Source: Botryllus schlosseri
Taxonomy: Eukaryota
Direction of reading: 5' to 3'
Length of the DNA: 64,000 bases
Assembly (NCBI GenBank): GCA_051294905.1
Contig: CM119373.1
Location: 684,001-748,000 of the forward strand
Shown: positions 12,766 through 26,364 of the stretch, in pieces
How positions within the stretch are numbered: the first letter of the stretch is position 1
Layout: every line of letters starts with the position of its first letter
Position numbers and translations under genes: made by a program
The notes under the pieces: generated by a model
The model's database searches: none
The model's input: the letters and a program-made list of their open reading frames with translations, nothing else
Told to the model about the DNA's origin: nothing

Positions 12766-15700
12766 CCATGACACCTTTCAATACACACTGTTACGCTTAC
12801 ACATGTCAGTTATGTGACCCGTCGATGACCGCCACTGCGCTGAATTCTAAAGGAATTGGCAGTATGTGGCAATGGGGGAGAGGCAAATTCTGTAGACTAC
12901 GCCGAATAATATCACAAATAATATCAAGGCCGTAATATATAAATTGCGGATGGATTGATTCCAACGTATCACATACAACGACTGTGTTGTCGGCCGTGAG
13001 TTGTAACAAGATTAATATTAACATGCCATGTTAAACGTAGCCTATGTCTGATTTTCGGTAACAGGGAGCGCAAGTATCGTACGTAATACCACAATTACTA
13101 ACCTGTGGAGCAGAAAACTTCCGCGGTTAATGTAGTGACAATCATGTACATGTGTAGCATCGAAAACATGACCATCGCCGTCCGTTTCCTATGTCTTAGT
13201 TAGACATTGGTTGATACAGTTACTTATATGATATACCTATATGAGGATTGAGGAATTCATAGATGAAACAAGTAACTGTAAGTAATTATTTAATATGGTG
13301 TAGAATTATGGTGTTGCATGCGTGTATAAATATATACCTAAATGATGGTCTATTAATATAGGGGAGTGGTTTGGATGCAGGGAGATTAGAATTTAAACTT
13401 CTATTTTACATAATATAGAGCAAGGCAAATATAGCACGGCACACTCTCCTGCCACTAAAAGTTAAACTATTAACGAGAACTATGGTTTCGATACTAATTA
13501 CCAACGTGGAAGGCTGTAAAGTGTAAACCTCGATTGGTCATATCGCCGCATACGAATCATGCTGTACAAATTTAGCGCATTAGCTGTTACGACATTTCCG
13601 CGAAGTCATGATCAACTCATATATTCTTTGTATTCGCAAAAAGGTGCATATTTGTACTTTACACATCTTTCATGCTGTCATAGACTGATAAGGTGATTAC
13701 GATTGACGTTCACTATACGCCAGGTGCTTTTTGCGTGGGATGTAAATGTTCGCCACGTTTTAAACTGTACCCGTGTGTATGTAAAGCGATAGGTTGAAGA
13801 ATCTGATTGGTATTTTTCCTCGCTCGCACATCAAGAAGACATAGTCATGGCGTGACCCCGTGCTAGTATACTCCATACGGTCTGTCTGTATATAATCTAT
13901 GGTACCTCACTGGCAAAGGAAACTTTCCAATATAATTTTATTGGAAAAGGCAGACTGAACTTCACGGCCTTCTTACTAAATGTGCCGTATAAGAGCAGCT
14001 AAAACCCACCCCATCAAGTCTAATGCTGAATAGCCTACCATTGACAGTCAAATGTAATTTCATTCTTTGTAACTCGTAACAAGGAAGTTTGAGTGTAGCT
14101 TTGCGTCAACAATACGCACAGTCATACGCCGAATCAACATTGCGCAACCATTTTTAGAATATCATTTCTAGGGGGAAATGGATGATATGCGAGACAGACG
14201 GATAAGCCTACGCCACGCCTTTTAACGCGTTTTGCGCTTCAAATGCATTGGTGTGGTTTGGAGCTCAATCCCTGTGCTCGTCCGTTTTGATAAATAGACT
14301 TCGGCGAGCAATGATTTCATCGGGAATATTGATAGAAGTATTTTTAAGCAAATTCAAAACGCATTGACAAACTTGTGCTGTCTCCAAAAACGTCATACAA
14401 TAGAAGGATTGGCTGGTTCTGAATATCCCTTCGCACTGGAATATCAAGACAATCAAGTGGACGTACAATGTACGTCTTCTTATTTAACTACCGTTGACAA
14501 TTCGGTGGTGATACCCTAATAAAGATAAATCATGTAAGACGATTTAATAAGCAATTACAGACCTAACTAGTCGTTCTTGACCGGTTTTCCACCGAAAACT
14601 GGGGGTTCTCTGCGTCAGTCTCAGAAGTTTCCTAGAGGTCAAGACCAATGTTCCCTCTAAGCTGCACACGTGCGCAAATGCGCAGTGCTGAAACGGTCTT
14701 TGCGCACAGAAAATCTACGCTGCGCACAAAAAATCAGAAATGATGTTTTTTTATAGTTGTTGCGCACTGTTGTCCAATGGACCACGCAGGCGCGCAGATT
14801 CGTGAAAATTAAGATGGAACATTGCCAGGGCCAAATAGTGTTATCACTGAAGTCTGAAACCGACAGTGGCGGCTCGTCCTATAGGGCAACTGGGGCATTG
14901 CCCCACCTAAAATTCTGTTCAATAACAATTTAACCATTTATAGACGCACAGCAATCAATACATACCGAGATCACAGCGAAACCCGCGTTCTTCTTGTGCT
15001 TTCGCTTGCAAATGCCCATACATAGAGAAGTCTCTGCGAAAATCGAATTCTCTTCTGTGTTTTCGCTTTGAGAATGCCTAGCCGGGGCTTGCCCCGGTAT
15101 CGCTCATAACAAGCTTTCACTATCTATTCTCTCAAAGCCGCGCACAATAAAGAAACGGTGATTTACTCTCTCCTATTCGTAAAATGGCCGAGCAACCGGG
15201 GCAAATATACCTGTCGCCCCTAAGGTGTGATGTAACAATCGTATCTATATCTGAACTCGGTTACCGTAATATGCGCTGAGTCGACCTTTGCTGGTATAGG
15301 TCGATTTTGACTGTGTTTCGCACCATGATAATTCTTGAAACTTGGTATGATATGTCCTGAAGGTAGTATTTACCACTGCTCCAAGTTTCAGGCTTGCTAC
15401 TTAAAGATAAGGGTAGTAATTCCGTTTCCGAAGTTCAGTGTGTGCTGATCTATCATGTACAATTGTACATAGTACAGCAAACAGATTTTACTCAAAAGCC
15501 AGTATTGGTCTCCATTGATTTTGACGATGCTCTATACCGAGATCGGTCATGACATTTGGCACGGTAAGTTTTAGTATCGACCGCTGTAACAAGTTTTAAG
15601 TTTGTCACTGAACTATGTGGGTGGTAATTTCGTTTCCAAAGTCGAGTAAGAGCTGACCAGGGTTGTAACCAAGTCACATGGTTCCGAGTCACGAGTCAAT

Positions 15701-16370
15701 CATACTTTTGTGGTTTTGACTCGAGTCGAGTCATTTTCAATTCATCACAGACTCGAGTCCGAGTCCAAGTCACCGTTTAAAGGGTCAAGTCCGAGTCATG
15801 GTGTTATGACTCGAGTCGAGTCCAAGTCACAGTATTGAAGTCATGTTCAACTCATGTTTTCAATCCTGCCTGGGTGATATCGAATTCCCTGTTTGCGAAA
15901 CATGCTCATTTTGTCCCTATCAGAGTCTTGGCACATGTTTATTCAGGCAGATAACGGACAGGCCCTGGCCTCATTTACCGATGCTAAAGATAAGTTTACT
16001 AATCTTAGAACTTAAAATCAAATATCTCTCTTGTCAGTCTGATACATCACCAATACAAGCATTCAGTTTTTATTATGAACACATCGACGATAGCTCACGA
16101 ATAGCTGATAGACAACCAACGAATTCACGTCTACATACTATCTGATAGAGAACCAACAAATTCACGTCAAGATACTAGTTGATAGAGAATCAATAGATGC
16201 ATGTTTATGTAGAGGTATTTACAACATGCCAGCATGCTGTAAAAGCGTGCATGCAACTATGTGCATTGTGCAGTGACAACAGAACAGATACCTTTTGATT
16301 ATACTAAAGGTTTTCCCAATTGCATTACAGACTACATCGCACTTACAGCATTGGAGAAATAATTGTACAA

Positions 16371-16857
16371 TGGGGCTGTTCAAAAACATTTTTTTCAAAT
16401 TTTCCGGCTACTTCTTAATATTGCTAGATTGCCTAAAAAATCAAATTTGGCTCAATTCCAACCAGTAGAAAGCATTGCTATGAAAGAAAATTTTAGACTA
16501 ATTACAAATAGAGATTTTCGAATTTTACCGGCTATCTTATGATATTGTTACATTGTGTAAAAATATGATTCATAGCAAATTTGACTCAATTCCAACTAGA
16601 AAAAGTGAAGTTATTAGAGTAGAATGTTTTGGATATGAAAAAATAGTTGGCTTACTACTATGTAATTATATTATATGAAAGAATTTCTCAATAAAATACT
16701 CCATTTATTTTCAAATCCAAAACATTCTCCTCTCACATCATTGATTCCACTTTTTTTCAAATTAAGCCAGATTCAATGTTCCTTTTATGCAACATAACAA
16801 TTTTATCATGTAACCACCCAGTAAAATAAAAAAAGAAGTTATTTTAGAACAGGCATA
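16371..16857. mobile_element. Decayed palindromic hATm-type MITE
   Basis: Perfect TSD ttgtacaa. Ends tggggctgttc / gaacaggcata. Similar to 44845-45500. Confidence 0.75.
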
Positions 16858-16970
16858 TTGTACAAACATCACACAACATTAGCCATTCATTATTACTCAC
16901 GTGCACAATGCACATACCTAACAAAACGTCAAATGGACGAGGGGCATTGTGTGTTTTCACAGACAGCAGA

Positions 16971-17350
16971 TCAAATCAATGAGTTACACCTCAAAAATAC
17001 TAATGTGGAAAGGAGATCCTCAAATATGTTAAAGCGGCATGGCAGTAGAATGAATCCACATCTACTGAATACACGTTCCACTAGTGCACTAGGTGCAGGA
17101 ATTGACAAGCATTTTTGAACCACACTGAAGAGCATTGAATACTCATTCTTTCTAGTCGCCCAAAAATGGAAAGAATCATCGCCTTCAAATCTACACATGA
17201 GCTTATCAGTCTCTTCACCATCTGAGTCATTTCATTGGCTCTAATTGAACTTTGATTCAATTGTTTGCTTGCATAATTGAAAAGTCTTGAGTACTTTAAT
17301 TGCGGAGGATCTATTACCTCTTCATCACTGGACGATTTTGTACAATGCAT
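16971..17350 (-). pseudogene. hAT transposase C-terminal dimerisation-domain remnant
   Basis: FWATRKNEYSMLFSVVQKCLSIPAPSALVERVFSRCGFIL...LSTLVFLRCN matches the hAT W..P..S..ER.FS signature. Frameshifted, with no catalytic core. Confidence 0.85.
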
Positions 17351-18849
17351 TGCTACTATGTATCATTTTCTGTTGTTTTTACGGCGGCATATCTGATATC
17401 AGACAAGTGCAACGAAAGCAGTGGAGACAAATAGCGATGTCGGCAGAATTCGTCGGATGCGTTGATCTAGCCATTATGATTCGCAAATTTCTTCATCTTC
17501 AAGTCATATAAAATAAGTCGAGTCAATGACTTGGGTCGAGTCATGCGTAATGACTCGAGTACAAGTCGAGTCAATCCAAATATTGACTCGAGTCGAGTCG
17601 AGTCATTTTCCCATTTCAAGAAAATGACTCGAGTCAAGTCGAGTAATAAAAAAATCGTGACTCGAGTCTGACTCGAGTCGAGTCATGACTCGAGTCATTA
17701 CAACCCTGGAGCTGACTCTTCATTTATCGCTAACAAATTTACGCAAAAGCCGTTATTGGTATCTATTGATTTTAACGATGTTCCATACCTAGATCTGTCA
17801 TGAGCTTTTGCACGGTATGTCTTGATTTTAGTATCGAACGCGGTGCCAAGTCTTAAAGTTGACACTCAATGATTGAGGCAGTTATTTCGTTTTCGAGGTC
17901 GAGTATGGTAGAGATGCGCGCTGATCTGATACTTAGCCTACCTACGTCATTGCGGATCTCACGCAAAAGCCGGTGTCGGTCTGTGCTAATCTATAGTCTG
18001 CGTTCCCATAACGAGATCGGTGATGATATTTCCAATGGTATATCTCGATGATCGCATGAAACAGCTAACCAAGATTCTCGGTTTGCATTCAAATATTCAC
18101 ATAATTTTATGTTCGCCAATGTCCATTTCACTGTGAAATTGTGGCCTTCAAACCATTTGCTTACAATCTTCTGTCAAATGCGATAGCTATTTCATTTTCG
18201 ATGTCGGCTAACAGCTGATCATTCGATCAGCCTATTCCTCGATCTATTTTAGTCAAAGTTCGGTGTTCGTCTGTTTGTATTGATTTTGACAGTGTACCAT
18301 ACCGGAATGGGTTATGAGATTGCGTATGCTACTTCTCGATGATTTCTTGTAACAGTATACTAAGTTTACGGCTTTTATTCATGTATTTATTGAATAATAT
18401 ATTTTCCAACGGCGATTTCGCAGCAGACTTATAGACAGTAAGCCGTATGTGTTGTGTCACAGTCTCCAGTTTCAAGGCCAAAATGTCCTATGTTGTTCCG
18501 AGACCGAAGTTCCGAGGCTGCTGTCCTTAGTTCTTCAAAGACCATTCAAATTGATGTTCTGGATTCAATATGACAGGCCCAATCTATGAGATAACAATTG
18601 CGTATGTGTCCGAACTCGTTGACCTTTCCAGTTAGGCTTACGCAATCTCTCGAGTTCTAGTCATTGGAATTAGTCAGGTCAAGTCAAGCGCGAACATGAA
18701 TCGTATTGAATCTTTGCTCCGTACGTAGTTTACGCAGTTGCCTTTAGAGCGAAAATGAGAGGTCTAGAAGTTGTCCACTGTCCAGTCTATTGATCCAATC
18801 GTACGCCGGGTGCCTCCGCTTTGGTTGCCTATTATCACCTGGTCGTAAC

Positions 18850-19124
18850 CAGAGATGGCCACAGTCCAGTTCTGGAGCCGGAGCAGGATTTCAATGTTTT
18901 TTTTACCTGGCCGGACTGGATCCGGATTTTGAATTTGGGGTGACGGTTGGATTTTAGCCGGATTTTTTTGCTGTGATATGATTAATTAGCATTGTTCTGG
19001 CAGGATTTTTTCGGATTCCGAACTGGACATTCACCAGCCGGATTTCTTTGGACTCTGAATTTCCAATTGCAAGCCGGATCCGGATAGATTCGGATCCCGA
19101 AATTTTGGAATCCGCCCATCTCTG
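18850..19124. mobile_element. hAT MITE (CAGAGATGG ends, ccgga repeats)
   Basis: Perfect TSD gtcgtaac. TIR cagagatgg / ccatctctg. Confidence 0.85.
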
Positions 19125-19734
19125 GTCGTAACCACCAGCTCAGTGGTCGTAACACACCAGGATCGTGTACGGGCAATTCCCTGCACAGACAACCGATGTT
19201 CCCACCACTACCTCTCCAAATCTCCTGAAATTTGGTACAAGCACAGATGAGCTAATTCCAAACAGGATGAACTTTATTTTATGAAAATTGGACTTGGGGG
19301 TCAAAAGTTACGTCACTTTGAAAATTGACAATTTTCTGCTCATTTCGGGTCTGCACTTTCGGGTTTTATCAATGCAATATTCAAGGAGGTGTAGCTAGAT
19401 GTTAGACGACAGTTGAGATACGGCACTTGGATTTATCTGAAGCTTGTCTGATCGTCTATATTTCCAAGTAAAATTTAATGCCCTGTAGGTTAGGGTCAAA
19501 GGTTAAATTGAGGGGGAATTTGGTCAATGTTCTAAAATCAGTCAGGCGTTACACGATTTAGACTGCGGATTGCTCAAAAACATTAAGATATTTTGGAAAA
19601 TAGGATCTTAAATGAAAGTTTGCTTCAAAGAGACTTCGTTCATAGCTGTTAGATTTTGGCTATTAGACTGTAAAGTGATGAAATTGCAGTTTCAAGAGCA
19701 CACTTCATTTGCACATGGAAATGCAGTAGTAGTA

Positions 19735-20095
19735 GGGTGTGTCCGGACATCGAGTCTGGGGTGTGTGTGGACATCATGTCTGGGATGTGTTCCGACATCA
19801 TGTCTTGGGTGTGTTCGGACTGTGCTGCCATTGAAACGTAGTGTCTGGGGTGAGTTCGGACTGTTTTGCCCCTCGGACATCGTGTCTGAGGTGGGTTCAG
19901 ACAGTTTTGCAACTCGGACATCGGACCGAGGGTGTGTTCGGAATGTGATGCCATTCGGACATCGTGTCTAGGGCGTGTTCGGACATCATGTCAGGGGTGT
20001 GTTGCTACTCGGGCATCGTGTCTGGGGGGGGGCTCGGACATCATGCCTGGAGTGTGTTAAGATTGTGTTGTCAATTGGACATCGTGTCTGGATAT
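19735..20095. repeat. About 21-bp degenerate minisatellite (gtgtgttcggacatcatgtct) in the foldback arm
   Basis: Tandem units visible directly. Mirrored at 21530-21840 and repeated at 20695-20880. Confidence 0.85.
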
Positions 20096-21104
20096 TTTTG
20101 TGCTGCGCCAGATATGCCTCAGACCTGATATCTGCGCACAATTCTTATCCAGACATGCTCCGGAGCTGATGCCTGCGTACTAAATACCTTCAGGCATTGT
20201 CCGAAACGGATATCTGCTCACTTAGTGGACACAGACATACGTCAGACGTGATACCCGCGTACTAAACGACGCGTGACCTATATATGACCTCTTTATTTGC
20301 GGTTTTTGCGTATATCTGCGAGAGCTGGGTATATTCACAGTAGTGATAGCTGAGTATATCCACATCCACAGTAGTGATAGCTGAGTATATCCACAGCTAT
20401 CACTACTCTGGATATACTCACCTCAACTATCACAGATATCAATACTGCGGATGTGGAAATACTCAGCTATCGCTACAGTGGATATACTGAGCTATCGCTG
20501 ATATCAACAAAAACCGCAAATATAGAGGTCATAGGTCAAACGTCGATTAGGACGCGGGCATCACGTCCGACGCATGTCTATGTCTATCAAGTGCGCAGAT
20601 ATCCGGTTCGGACCATGCCTGTGGGTATTTAGCACACATGTATCAGCTCCGGAGCATGTCCGGATAAAAATAGTGCGCAGATATCAGGTCTGAGGTGTTC
20701 GGATTGTTTTGCAACTCGGACATCGTGTCTTGGGTGTGTTCGGACTGTTTCGCAACGCGGACATCGTATCTGGGGGAAATTCGGATTGTGCTGTCACTCG
20801 GCCATCGTGTCTGGAAGGTGTTCGGACGTCATGCCTGTGGTGTGTCCGGACTGTGTTGTTACTCAGACATCGTGTCTGGGATATGTTTGTGATGCGCCAA
20901 ACATGCCTCAGACCTGATATCTGCCACTATTTTAATCTGGACAGTGGACATGCGTCGTAGCTCTTACCTGCGCACCAAATACCCCCAGGCATATTCCCAA
21001 TCTGATATCTGCGGGCTTAAGGGACACATACATGCGTCAGACGTGATACCCGCGTCCTAAACGACATTTGACCAATATATGACCTCTATATTTGCGGTTT
21101 TTGC

Positions 21105-21365
21105 TGATATCTACGATTGCTGGGTATATCTACAGCAGTGATAGCTGAGTATATCCACATCCACAGTAGTGATATCAGTGATAGCTGAGTATATCCACAG
21201 TAGTGATAGCTGTGGATGTACTCAGCTATCACTACTGTAAATTTGGATATACTCAGCTACCACTACTGTGGATATACTCAGCTATCACTGATATCACTAC
21301 TGTGGATGTGGATATACTCAGCTGTCACTGCTGTAGATATACCTAGCTATCGCAGATATCAGCAA
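21105..21365. repeat. About 25-bp minisatellite (gatagctgagtatatccacagtagt) forming a local palindrome
   Basis: Units flip orientation near 21210. A second such block lies at 20310-20510. Confidence 0.8.
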
Positions 21366-23070
21366 AAACGCGTCGTTTAGGACGCGGGCATCACGTCTGA
21401 CGCCTGTCTGTGTCCAGATATCCGTTTCGGACAATGCCTGAAGGTATTTTGTGGCATCAGCTCCGGAGCACGTCTGGATAAAAATAGTGCGCAGATATCA
21501 GGTCTGAGACATGTCTGGCGCAGCACAAACATATCCCAGACACGATGCCCGAGTGGCAACACAGTCCTAACACACCCCTGACATGATGTCCGAACACGCC
21601 CTAGACACGATGTCCGAATGGCAACACATTCCGAACACACCCTCGGCCCGATGTCCGAGTTGCAAAACTGTCCGAACCCACCCCAGACACGATGTCCGAG
21701 GGGCAAAACAGTCCGAACTCACCCCAGACACTACGTTTCAATGGCAACACAGTCCGAACACACCCAAGACATGATGTCGGAACACATCCCAGACATGATG
21801 TCCACACACACCCAAGACTCGATGTCCGAACGCACCCTACTACTACTGCATTTCCATGTGCAAATGAAGTGTGCTCTTGAAACTGCAATTTCATCACTTT
21901 ACAGTCTAATAGCCAAAATTAAACAGCTATGAACGAAGTCTCCTTGAAGCAAACTTTCATTTAAGATCCTATTTTCCAAAATATTTTAATATGTTTTTGA
22001 GCAATCCGCAGTCTAAATCGTGTAACGCCTGACTGATTTTAGACCATTGACCAAATTCCCCCTCAATTTAACCTTTGACCCTAACCTACAGGGCATTAAA
22101 TTTTACTTGGAAATATAGACGATCAGACAAGCTTCAGATAAATCCAAGTACCGTATCTCAACTGTCGTCTAACATCTAGCTACACCTTCTTGAATATTGC
22201 ATTGATAAAACCTGAAAGTGCAGACCCGAAATGAGCAGACAATTGTCAATTTTCAAAGTGACGTAACTTTTGACCCCCAAGTCCAATTTTCATAAAATAA
22301 AGTTCATCCTGTTTGGAATTAGCTCCTCTGTGCGTGTACCAAATTTCAGGAGATTTGGAGAGGTAGTGGTGGGAACATCGGTTGTCTGTGTAGGGAATTG
22401 CCCGTACGAAACACTTTCGGACGGGCTTAGAAAAATTAGGGTCAATCGATTTGCGTAATCTCTAACTCTACCATGAAATCATAACGCATGCTACTAAGGA
22501 TGACCTGATACTTGATTCGTGGCATAGGGCGATTCTTAATTCACGTTCATTTTGTAAAATAATCCTTTGATTAAAAATAAATGAATAAAACATTTGTTAC
22601 CACACTTCAAGTCACGGCTCACCTGCAAACCTCTCGCGGCACCTACGTTAAAATCACTGTTGTCGGGAAATTCATGTGACCATTATAAAGTTACTTTTTT
22701 ACGTTGGAAAACGCCATTGTGACGTCATCTTGATAAAAGTCGCTCGCAGCCCTTGCCCTACCACCCGATATTGTCACGAGCCGCCACTGGAAACCGAGGT
22801 ACTAGTGCGCCCCGCAAAGGTAACTATTGCGCTCCGTGAAGAAATTAGAGTTCACAATCAACTGCGCCTCACGGAAGATATTTTTTAGTATGGCCTCGTA
22901 CATGTGAGCGATACTGATATCATTTCAATAGCGCATTATTTTCTGGGAATGGCGAAATAACATGGTTTAACAAAGTTATAAATAACAATGGGCTAGCTCG
23001 AAGTTAATCTGCGAGAAACTATCGAATGATAGTCTTCTTCGCGTGGCATGAACATTGCGTAAGATTTACT

Positions 23071-23585
23071 CAGGACCGTAACTTTCGCACCCCAAACCCC
23101 CCAATTGGAGGGGGCGAGCTCGATGGGGGTCCAAAATTAATTCTAGAATTATCATAACTCATGGTGTATTTTTTGAAATTTTTCAGGAATTTTTTTTCGC
23201 GCTACGCGCGTTTTAATGTTGTAAGATATCTGATTATTGGGTACCCTTTCCCAACAAAAATTAGGCATGATTTATAAAAACGGGCAGTTGGGCTTCGGCC
23301 ATTACCGCACCATGACGCGCCAAGACATAGGAAGTTAAAGGCTATATAACATGCGAATCCAAGAAGTGCGCCAGAACGATCAGCAGCGAGAAAACCTTGG
23401 GCGAAAAAGACTGCCCCGGTGCTGACTGAAAACTTCGATATATACAAATATATGTGTAAATGTAAATGGCTGGCGCCGAATGTTCTGTTCCTGTCCTGGC
23501 GATCCGAGTCCCACAACAAGACAAATGCCATATCGAGGGAACGTTATTTTCCAGTTAAGAAATACCAATTTGAAATCGTGTACGA
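23071..23585 (-). mobile_element. Right-end fragment of the CAGGGCCGTAAC family
   Basis: Reverse complement of 9425-9958. Confidence 0.75.
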
Positions 23586-24164
23586 CTCTTGAAAAATTAG
23601 AGGGAACATTGGTCAAGACGAACAATCGACTCATTCATATGATTTGCGATGATACGCTCGTCTTAGTCACCATTGGTTGCTCTTAATTGGGCCCGATCAG
23701 TAGTCAAATTGTCACTTTTGGTTTGGTACGTCGTGTGCAATGGCGTACGCTGGGGTTGAATTCGGAAATGCAAATGCCATCTCCAATATTTATAAGCTCA
23801 TATGCAATCAAGCAATTATTATCATGCTATTGCGTTTCGATCAAACAATACGATCAAACAATACGCTGACACATTCCACGGGGTGAAATCATGCATTTCT
23901 GAACTGGGATCTGAAGGGAAACAGCACAACTCACAATGATTTGCCAAAAATACTCATGCTTTCTATTGGTGTTGAATTTATATTTTAAAGTGCAGTTCAC
24001 GTTACGCACCAGTAATCTGTAGCGGTGGTTTTAAACCTTTTTGTAAACAAAAATTGTGGACCGGTGAAACAAAATCTCCCCTTAAGTTGATTACGAAAAA
24101 TGCACGATTCGTAAATGTAATACGAGAAACTTCCTTTAATGATATGTGCTTCGATATTATATAT

Positions 24165-24782
24165 TAGGGATGATGTGCACGTGAGGATCACGTTGGCGTT
24201 CCGTGTGTGAACCTCAGAAATTTAGAGGTTCACGTTCACAAACGAATCTTGGTAGGTTCTGCACTCTGAGCCTTTTTCATATAATACAATTTTCACGTCA
24301 TCATAATATCGTTGGTTGAAATTTATTCCACTTCAACTGCGGGCCACTCTATGGATGGTGCTGGCAGCATAAAAATTAACACTAACAGAGCATGTACCTT
24401 GGCAATCTCAATAATTTTACTTCTTTTGTTACAAAAGTTTGCTCAAAATATCCAGCTTTCTGTTTGTGGACTCTCTGCTGTGAGCGTGACCCGCAATCAC
24501 ACAATATCAAGAGCGGAATACGCTACATGAAGGTCAGCGAACGATGCTTATTCAACCAATCAATGGAATTGATATTGTTGTCTAATGTGAAATAATCTAG
24601 CAAGCGTACTGGGTCCATCTCGATTTCATATGTTTATTGTATCATAAAAACCAAATCCGTGCGATTGGAGTGTTGGCTACTGCTGTATAACTTGTTAATG
24701 CGGTGAAACCAGTTTTACACTCTGCTCAACACCAACGCAGCAGCACTCAGACGCCGAATACATTGCTTGGTTTGGCCTAGAT
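24165..24782 (-). mobile_element. Right half of a TAGGGATGGTGTGAAC-family element
   Basis: Reverse complement of about 5605-6257. Interrupted by the element starting at 24783. Confidence 0.8.
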
Positions 24783-25460
24783 CAGTGGTTCTTAACCTTT
24801 TTTCTCCAGCGCATCCTTTCAAAAATTGTCCTGGGTCTGGCGCCTCCCTATTTTTAGGACTGTAGTAAAACAATGGGTAAGCGGTTGAATTCCGGTTTCG
24901 GATTGATAACTCACTATTAGAACCCTCGACTAATTAACGGTATAATTGTATGTTATATTTTCGGGATCAAATCCAGGTTATTATAACAACCATCGGGTAA
25001 GGCCATCGGGCTCATAACATTTGGTTCCAGATCGATGTACACATCCCGAATTCTCCTCTGCGATTGGCAATGCGGGGAAATTTATTGTATTTGGGTTTGC
25101 TGTATAGCTTTGTGCGACTGCTAAAGCAACTTAGAATTTGGTGGAGATTTCCTCACATTCAATTTAGTACTGCATCAAGCTCTTAACTTTAACATAAATG
25201 GCGGTAACAACACTAAGCAGTATCATCCTTTATGATACAATGAAGAAAGATTCTGACGATGTAATTTTGTAGCTCTCAAATACAAGTATATTTAGTTAAT
25301 CACTTCAGCCAAAACGCTTCAAAATATCTTTAACGTACAAAGGGTATAACTCTCAAAAGTTGTACAGTACAGTGCCTTTTCGATTTTGACACGCAATGCA
25401 CTGCAGGATACAATACCTAGTTGAAAACATTTTGTGGAAAATAACCCGAGTAATCAGTAT
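24783..25460 (+). mobile_element. Left portion of the CAGTGGTTCTTAACC hAT family (right end not found)
   Basis: Left TIR and interior homologous to 42218-42770. Confidence 0.7.
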
Positions 25461-26364
25461 AAGTATTCGTTTATTAACATTGTCATCATGTCAAAACATC
25501 ACAAACGGCGATACAATGAAAAGATAGGGAGGTGTCGAAACGACTTGGAGTAGCTAGCGTGACGAGAATGTTTTAACAATCCAAAAGTCCGCCAAATTCA
25601 TTTTATATGAATTAAAATAAACCACTGCATTCATGGAAACATCGTCAGTGGATAGTCGCGATGAGTGCAACGAAAAACTTTGTGATTTGACAGATTTGGT
25701 CGAATGTGAGTATGCAATCACAACTCAGGGATATATCGAACTATTGTTCTATTATATAATCATATGTCGTTACAACACCATCTACTCGCGACGCTGACGT
25801 ACCACCTCGCAGAGTCTGTCTGGTACACCCGTATACCAAATCACACGGACAACTTTCTTGTTTCTGTCTCCACCACTTGTAATTTTTATTGAAGTTTAGT
25901 GAAAATGTCGAATTGACTGAATGAATATTTTACGCTGTATTCCATGCATATATAAACGCGTATTATTTTCTCTCGATATTTCATATACACACATCATATC
26001 ATATACCACATTTCCTGTATAACATATCGAGATACTGCACGGACTTCAATCTACATTATACCTAAAACATATGTTTCATTTCCTGGTTCATGTTTCAAAA
26101 TATTCTACCGAGCTTATTCTATTTGTTATTACCCAATTCATTACCAATATATATACTGTTATAACGTGTTTCTATTGAAGTTTCTTTTGAAGGTCACTAA
26201 CCTGATTGTTCGGTATCCTTCGAAAGAAATGTGACTGATATTTGCCATAACCTCTATTATACTGCCAAGTGTCGGAATTTATCAAAGTTTGTTTAATAGT
26301 ATCCGCAGTTTTACGTAAATTTGTCCTATGCGAATTATAGGCTACTTTTTGACACTTGCACCAT

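Larger units (their letters stand above)
15658..17708 (-). mobile_element. hAT element (CAGGGTTGTAA ends) with gactc arrays and a transposase remnant
   Basis: Perfect TSD gagctgac. TIR cagggttgtaa / ttacaaccctg. Same family as 29586-30216. Confidence 0.9.
19171..22403. mobile_element. Foldback-type non-autonomous DNA transposon, Sola2-like
   Basis: 4-bp TSD gtac, GGGCAATTCCC ends, and near-identical inverted arms of about 1.0-1.1 kb (19171-20273 vs 21369-22403). The superfamily call is from recalled Sola2 traits (GRG end, 4-bp TSD, long TIR). Confidence 0.8.
14864..22789. mobile_element. hAT (Tip100-like) element, CAGTGGCGGCTCGT ends
   Basis: Perfect TSD gaaaccga. TIR cagtggcggctcgt / acgagccgccactg. 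Confidence 0.9.
14646..23611. mobile_element. Composite hAT unit (CAATGTTCCCTCTAA ends) enclosing a multi-level nest
   Basis: Perfect TSD gtcaagac at 14638-14645 and 23612-23619. TIR caatgttccctctaa / ttagagggaacattg. A proximal right TIR also ends at 14824. Confidence 0.8.

Noticed and set aside
17515..17700. gactcgagtc arrays and the 21105-21365 repeats as a possible CRISPR array
   Set aside because: There are no constant repeats with unique spacers and no cas genes. These are subterminal TE motifs or minisatellites in eukaryotic DNA.
19612..21932. Cys/Arg/Thr-rich repetitive ORFs on both strands
   Set aside because: They are translations of a 21-bp minisatellite in mirrored transposon arms, with no domain signature.
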